In this document: piece after piece, positions 58,805-64,000 of the stretch | How positions within the stretch are numbered: the stretch's first letter is position 1 | Layout of the letters: every line of letters starts with the position of its first letter | Assembly: GCA_964486045.1 (NCBI GenBank) | Contig: CAZALK010000002.1 | Location: 32,001-96,000, forward strand | Direction of reading: 5' to 3' | DNA: 64,000 nt | Source: an uncultured archaeon | GTDB lineage: Archaea; Asgardarchaeota; Lokiarchaeia; Sigyniarchaeales; SOKP01 | Position numbers and translations under genes: made by a program | Notes under the pieces: model-generated | The model's input: the letters and a program-made list of their open reading frames with translations, nothing else | Database searches by the model: none | What the model was told of the DNA's origin: nothing

Positions 58805-60091
58805 ATGTCAAAAACAGAAGAAAAAAAAATACCAAAAACTAAGAAAAAAAAAGCAAAAAAGAAAATTTCAAAACGCTATATAAATTCAGTAGTTGAGGCT
58901 AGTAGTCCTTCTGAACAACGAATAAAATTTAAGGAATATTCAAATAATGACCTGATAAAAGCTTGTGCTAATTGCTCGATGTGCAGAGATGAATGCCCTA
59001 CTTATGTATCTCGAGAAGCAGAATCCTTTTATGCTGGTGGAAGAATGAGAATACTTAGAACGATTGTAGAACGTAATTTACCCATCACTGATGACTTTGT
59101 TGAAGCAATGTTTTTATGTACAACATGTAAACAATGCGAAGACATCTGTCCTATAGGTGTAAAATATGTGGATTTGATCGAAGAATTAAGAGCTGAACTT
59201 GTTCAAGAAGGGATAGGTCCTTACGGGAATCTAATCGGTTTTTCCAAAAGTATTTGTCTTAATAATAACCCGTACGGGGAACCCCCTTCTAAAAGAGCAG
59301 ATTGGGTTGAAGAAGGAATAAATGTAATTGAAAAAGGACCTTATGCTTATTTTGTTGGGTGTACATCTTCCTATAGAACACAAAGTGCAGCTGTAAGTAC
59401 TGGTAAGATTCTTACCAAAATTCTTGGAGGGATTGTATTACTTGGACCTGAAGAGGTTTGTTGCGGGAGCCCAATAATTCGGACTGGGCAAATTGACTTT
59501 CAATTAGAAATTGAAGAAGGAAAGTTTGTTCCTTTTACAGTTGAGGATTACATTACACGAAATATTGAAAATATCATAAAGAAGGAGGTAGAAGAAGTTA
59601 TCTTTTCTTGTTCTGGATGTTATAAAACCTCCACAGATGATTGGCCGAAATATTTTAGTAAAGACATTCCTTTTAAAAGAACTCATATATCACAATTCTT
59701 AGCTCGTTTAGTTGAACAAAACAAGATCCAATTCAAACCATTTAACAAAAAAGTCACATATCATGACCCTTGCCATCTAGGAAGACATCGAAAAGTCTAC
59801 GATGATCCGAGAACGGTATTACAAGCAATCCCAGAACTAGAGTTTATTGAAATGAGGAAAAATCGTAATCGGTCCAGATGTTGTGGTGCTGGTGGTGGAG
59901 TAAAGGCAGGATTCGCTGCAGATGCATTAAGTATTGCGACGGTTAGAGTTCAAGAGGCAATTGATGCTGGAGCAGATATTTTAGCTACTTCTTGTGTATT
60001 TTGCAAATATAACTTCTTAGACGCTAAAAAGGAAATGGGTGCCGACATCGAAATATTAAATATAGAGGATATCGTAGTAGATCTTTTATGA
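58805..60091 (+). CDS. GlcF/HdrD-like Fe-S oxidoreductase (paralog of 47103..48449)
   Basis: CANCSMCRDECP, CTTCKQCEDICP, EVCCG, YHDPCHLGR and CCGAGGG. Confidence 0.9.
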   Translation: MSKTEEKKIPKTKKKKAKKKISKRYINSVVEASSPSEQRIKFKEYSNNDLIKACANCSMCRDECPTYVSREAESFYAGGRMRILRTIVERNLPITDDFVEAMFLCTTCKQCEDICPIGVKYVDLIEELRAELVQEGIGPYGNLIGFSKSICLNNNPYGEPPSKRADWVEEGINVIEKGPYAYFVGCTSSYRTQSAAVSTGKILTKILGGIVLLGPEEVCCGSPIIRTGQIDFQLEIEEGKFVPFTVEDYITRNIENIIKKEVEEVIFSCSGCYKTSTDDWPKYFSKDIPFKRTHISQFLARLVEQNKIQFKPFNKKVTYHDPCHLGRHRKVYDDPRTVLQAIPELEFIEMRKNRNRSRCCGAGGGVKAGFAADALSIATVRVQEAIDAGADILATSCVFCKYNFLDAKKEMGADIEILNIEDIVVDLL

Positions 60092-60395
60092 ATTTTCTGA
60101 GAGCAACTTAAAATAATTGATTTGAATTTCAATTCTTTATAATTTTTTTTTATTTCATTTGTCTTACAGATACAATAAACAAACCTATTTTACTTTCAAA
60201 TTAATATTGAAAAGTTTATCTAAAAAATTGGTACTTTTTAAAGAACTTAGATATAAGAATAAGCTCTCTCTTTTAAATTAGTTATAAAATTATTGTAACA
60301 ACTTTTTTATTAAAAAATACTTTATTTACTTAAAGATATTGAGATTATCAACAAAAACTTATTAATAATAAATTAAAAATCAAATTGATAATGCA

Positions 60396-60950
60396 ATGGA
60401 AAATATAAAATCTGATAAGATTGTTGAATTTACTGATGATTTAGCTGATTTACTGAGAGACGCTGGATATTTGGAAATTGGGGCATGCATAAGTTGCGGA
60501 ACTTGTACTGGTGGTTGCCCTTCTGGAAGACGAACCGCACTGAATACGAGAGCTTTAATAAGAAAAGCTCAATTAGGACTTGATGAAATCCTTTCAGATA
60601 AAGAGTTATGGTTCTGCTCAACATGTTATACCTGTTTAGAAAGATGTCCCCGAAGTGTACCAGTTACAGATGTAATAATTTATTTAAGAAACCTTGCTGT
60701 TCAAAGAGGTTTTATCCAAGAACCTCACCGAGTGTTATGCAAAATGTTTTATAATACAGGACACGGAGTTCCTATAAACGAAGAGAAATGGAACAAATTA
60801 AGAGAATACTATAAAATAAGCAGTATTCCTCCTACTACTCACAAATTTCCTAATGCTCAAAAAGAAGTTCAAACTCTTCTCAAAAGTACAGAGTTTGATA
60901 AACTTGTGGCTGTTGGAGATTTTGAAAAAAAAGCAGAGAATGGTGAATAG
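60396..60950 (+). CDS. hdrC: Heterodisulfide reductase subunit C
   Basis: CISCGTCTGGCPSG and LWFCSTCYTCLERCPR. Confidence 0.93.
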   Translation: MENIKSDKIVEFTDDLADLLRDAGYLEIGACISCGTCTGGCPSGRRTALNTRALIRKAQLGLDEILSDKELWFCSTCYTCLERCPRSVPVTDVIIYLRNLAVQRGFIQEPHRVLCKMFYNTGHGVPINEEKWNKLREYYKISSIPPTTHKFPNAQKEVQTLLKSTEFDKLVAVGDFEKKAENGE

Positions 60951-60955
60951 AAATC

Positions 60956-61897
60956 ATGGTTTATAAGAAATTGAAGTATTCCCTTTTTTTAGGTTGCGTC
61001 ATTCCTAATAGATATTCTTTTATAGAAGCTGCTACAAGAAATGTTTTTGAAGAGTTAGGAATAGAATTGATCGATATGGATGGTGCATCTTGTTGTCCTG
61101 CACCAGGAGTGTTTCGAGGGTTTGATATAGATACATGGTTAGTAATAGGCGCAAGGAATATTAGTATTGCTGAAGAAAACGGAACAGACATCGCGCTGAT
61201 GTGTAATGGATGCTACGGAAGTTTACTTGACATAAATCATACATTAAAACATGATAAAAAAAAACTAAAAATGGTAAATCAACATCTTGCAAAAATCGGC
61301 AGGAAATTTCAAGGAACGTCAGAAATTAAACATGTAATGGATATTTTATATAATGATTATGGTGTAGACAGAATTAAAAAGCGAATGATCAACCCTTTGA
61401 ACTTAAATCTTGCTGTACATTACGGCTGTCATCTTTTAAAACCCTGTGAAATTCGACCTTGGGATAAGGAAGTTGAAGATCCACACTTTTTCGATGAGAT
61501 GGTAGAAACAACTGGGTGTAAAAGCTTAAATTACAAAGATAAACTGATGTGTTGTGGTGCCGGAGGTGGTGTAAGAGGTGCATTCAAGGAAGTTTCTCTC
61601 GATTTTACTAGAGAGAAATTAGAAAACATAGTTGCAAGTGGCGCTGATGCAATTATAACCGCTTGCCCATTCTGTCAATTACAACTTGACCTAGGTCAAT
61701 TAGAAGTAAATGGAATTTTTAAAGATAGAATTAATGCACCATTTAAAATTCCTGTAGTTTACTTTACTCAATTATTGGGTCTTGGGATGGGGATGACGAA
61801 TGATGAGCTTGGATTATTAAAAGAACATGATTTAGCAGGGGTTCCCCCATTTACTTCATTAGAACCTTTTTTACAAAAAATTGCTAAAAAAACATAA
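60956..61897 (+). CDS. hdrB: Heterodisulfide reductase subunit B
   Basis: FLGC, SCCPAPG, CNGC, HYGCH, CCGAGGG and CPFC. Confidence 0.95.
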   Translation: MVYKKLKYSLFLGCVIPNRYSFIEAATRNVFEELGIELIDMDGASCCPAPGVFRGFDIDTWLVIGARNISIAEENGTDIALMCNGCYGSLLDINHTLKHDKKKLKMVNQHLAKIGRKFQGTSEIKHVMDILYNDYGVDRIKKRMINPLNLNLAVHYGCHLLKPCEIRPWDKEVEDPHFFDEMVETTGCKSLNYKDKLMCCGAGGGVRGAFKEVSLDFTREKLENIVASGADAIITACPFCQLQLDLGQLEVNGIFKDRINAPFKIPVVYFTQLLGLGMGMTNDELGLLKEHDLAGVPPFTSLEPFLQKIAKKT

Positions 61898-61911
61898 AAG
61901 GAGTTAAAAAT

Positions 61912-63924
61912 ATGGCAGAATCTAAAAAAGAAATAAAACTGACTGGTAGAGAAGATCCAAAAGTTGGTGTTTATGTTTGTTGGTGTGGAATAAACATTGG
62001 TGGTATTGTAGACGTTCCAAAACTCGTAGAATACGCCAAAACCTTACCCAATGTCGTTGAAGCTAAGGATTACAAGTTTTATTGCTCTGATATTGGACAA
62101 ACAATGATTCAAGAAGATATTAAGGCTGGTTTGATTAATCGTGTTGTTGTCGCCGCTTGTTCTCCAAGAATGCATGAACCTACATTCAGGACAGCGTGTC
62201 AGGAAGCTGGATTAAATAAATTTCTATTTGAACAAGCTAATATACGTGAGCACTGCACTTGGGTAAATGCAGATGATATTCCGGGAGCTACAAATATAGC
62301 TGAGGATCATATTAGAATAGCAGTGGCTAAAGCCTCAAATTTAATGCCTTTGGAGGTGACTAAGGTCAAGGTTGAACCATCTTGCCTTATAGTGGGTGCA
62401 GGAATATCTGGAATGAACGCCGCTTTGGATCTCGGAAATTCGGGTTATAAAGTCTATTTAGTGGAAAGAACATCTACTATAGGCGGACATATGGCCCAAT
62501 TAGATAAAACTTTCCCCACAATGGACTGCTCGGCTTGTACTATTACTCCTCGTATGACTGATGTATCCCGAAATCCTAATATAGAGTTATTAACATACTC
62601 AGAAGTAGAATCTATAGATGGTTTTGTAGGAAATTTTAATGTAAAAATAAAAAAAAAACCACATTATATTGACCAGAGCACATGCAATGGTTGCGGTGAT
62701 TGTGCTGAAGTATGCCCCATTGTATGTGGTAATGAATTTGATCTAGGAATGAAACCAAGAAAAGCCGCCTACATTCCTTTTCCACAAGCTGTTCCAGGCC
62801 AATATACTATAGATATGGATCATTGTATAGTATGCGGACTCTGTGCTGATGCTTGTGAACCTAGGTCTGTAAACTATGATGAAAAGCCAGAATTCATGGA
62901 AGTAAAAGTAGGCACTATAATTTTGGCAACTGGTTACGATGCTTTCGATCCTACTACTAAATTGAAGCAATATGGGTATGGAAAATATCCAAATGTTATT
63001 ACTGGTTTCCAAATGGAAAGACTTTTAAGTTCATTTGGACCGACGGAAGGCAAAATAAAAAGACCTTCAGATTTAAAAGAACCTAATACAGTGGTTTTTC
63101 TCCAATGTGTGGGTAGTCGAGATTTCTCAGGAAAAACTAATAAATATTGTTCAAGAGTTTGTTGCATGTATGCTACAAAACAAGCGCGTCAGTATAAGGA
63201 AAAGCATCCTGAAGCGAAAATTTATATTTTTTACATGGATATAAGAGCATTTGGTAAAGGCTATGAAGAATTCTATGAATCAGCTGGTAAAGATTACGGG
63301 GTTAAATACATTAGAGGTCGAATTGCCGAGGTTTTAGAGGATGAAAATCATGATATTCTTATACGAGCTGAAGATACTTTACTCCAACGACGAGTTGAAA
63401 TAAAAGTTGATATGTTAGTATTATCTGTAGGGTTAGAACCACGTAGCGATATGGAAGATGTAGCACGTAAATTTAATGTTCAAAGAACTGAAGACGGTTT
63501 TTTAATGGAAGCACATCCGAAGCTGCGTCCAGTTGACACGCTAACAGAGGGAATATTCTTGGCAGGAACAGTCCAAGGCCCAAAAGACATACCGGATGCA
63601 GTTGCTCAAGCAAAAGGTGCAGCATCAGGCGCAGCTACTTTAATGGCTCGAGGAGAAGTTGAGATCGAACCATACTATGCAAAAGTTCTTAATTATAAAT
63701 GTGCTGGCTGTAAAAGTTGTATCAGTCTATGTGCCTTTTCCGCTATAACATTCAATGAATTTGAAAAAGTTGCTGTTATTAACGAGATTCTTTGTAAAGG
63801 GTGTGGTACTTGTGTAGCAGCGTGTCCTTCGGATGCTATTGTTCAGAATCAATTTGGAGACATCCAAATCTTACCGATGATAGAGACCGCAATTCCACAA
63901 AAATCTAAAGCTGGAGGAGACTAA
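61912..63924 (+). CDS. hdrA: Heterodisulfide reductase subunit A (Cys form)
   Basis: GVYVCWCGINI, AACSPRMHE, NIREHC, KTFPTMDCSAC, QCVGSRD, CSRVCCMY and C-terminal ferredoxin motifs. Confidence 0.96.
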   Translation: MAESKKEIKLTGREDPKVGVYVCWCGINIGGIVDVPKLVEYAKTLPNVVEAKDYKFYCSDIGQTMIQEDIKAGLINRVVVAACSPRMHEPTFRTACQEAGLNKFLFEQANIREHCTWVNADDIPGATNIAEDHIRIAVAKASNLMPLEVTKVKVEPSCLIVGAGISGMNAALDLGNSGYKVYLVERTSTIGGHMAQLDKTFPTMDCSACTITPRMTDVSRNPNIELLTYSEVESIDGFVGNFNVKIKKKPHYIDQSTCNGCGDCAEVCPIVCGNEFDLGMKPRKAAYIPFPQAVPGQYTIDMDHCIVCGLCADACEPRSVNYDEKPEFMEVKVGTIILATGYDAFDPTTKLKQYGYGKYPNVITGFQMERLLSSFGPTEGKIKRPSDLKEPNTVVFLQCVGSRDFSGKTNKYCSRVCCMYATKQARQYKEKHPEAKIYIFYMDIRAFGKGYEEFYESAGKDYGVKYIRGRIAEVLEDENHDILIRAEDTLLQRRVEIKVDMLVLSVGLEPRSDMEDVARKFNVQRTEDGFLMEAHPKLRPVDTLTEGIFLAGTVQGPKDIPDAVAQAKGAASGAATLMARGEVEIEPYYAKVLNYKCAGCKSCISLCAFSAITFNEFEKVAVINEILCKGCGTCVAACPSDAIVQNQFGDIQILPMIETAIPQKSKAGGD

Positions 63925-63926
63925 AA

Positions 63927-64000
63927 CTGAGTAGCCAAGTAAGTTTTAAACCTTATATTTTAGGAATTTTTTGTAATTGGTGTTCGTATGCTGGAGCGGA
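63927..64000 (+). CDS. mvhD: Hydrogenase/Hdr-associated [2Fe-2S] subunit MvhD, 5' part (CTG start)
   Basis: Reads (M)SSQVSFKPYILGIFCNWCSYAGA; SD GGAGGA 8 nt upstream of the CTG. Confidence 0.88.
   Translation, partial: MSSQVSFKPYILGIFCNWCSYAGA

Noticed and set aside
47103-60950. CxxC clusters as c-type haem sites
   Set aside because: They are CxxCxxCxxxC ferredoxin motifs in proteins without signal peptides.
5654-63167. Numerous 60-140 aa antisense or nested ORFs in the track (e.g. 8249..8500, 15581..16009, 34349..34759, 36720..37034)
   Set aside because: They lie within or largely overlap well-supported genes and show no motifs of their own.
60396-64000. Methanogenesis
   Set aside because: HdrABC-MvhD is widespread in non-methanogens, and there is no mcr or mtr here.

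Overview
This is an AT-rich archaeal window that most resembles Asgard archaea (Lokiarchaeia). That assignment is inference, based on IPG[YF]-TM-basic 'Loki-CTERM'-like anchors, a BHB-intron tRNA, a multi-PAS soluble kinase, HdrCBA-MvhD and the Ahb haem route. In order, the window holds: (1) three paralogous acidic membrane-anchored surface proteins and a wHTH gene; (2) a tRNA-Cys(GCA) with a non-canonical 33/34 BHB intron and a long variable arm; (3) a bacterial-style sulfate assimilation and Cys/Met block (cysK, Rrf2, sat, APS reductase, TauE, cysM-like, sir, TusA, cysE, metXW); (4) a siroheme-to-haem b operon (hemB-hemL-ahbD-ahbA-[ahbB::sirC]-hemA-hemC-[cobA::hemD]-ahbC); (5) a divergent pair of Cys-rich Lrp-like regulators and a ~31-bp-phased operator-like array; (6) surface haem-protein candidates around a System I cytochrome c maturation set (ccmC, unannotated ccmD, atypical ccmE, ccmBAF, TlpA, CcdA); (7) two paralogous modules of [surface cytochrome with b-type membrane domain]-[FAD oxidoreductase]-[Fe-S/CCG protein], ending in hdrCBA-mvhD. 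The most notable result is that no exported protein here has a canonical CxxCH. Three carry H-x(2-4)-C-H instead, one carries CxxxCH, and the CcmE ends at Cys without its Tyr. This suggests a variant haem-attachment and trans-membrane electron-transfer system. All calls come from reading the sequence; no database searches were run.
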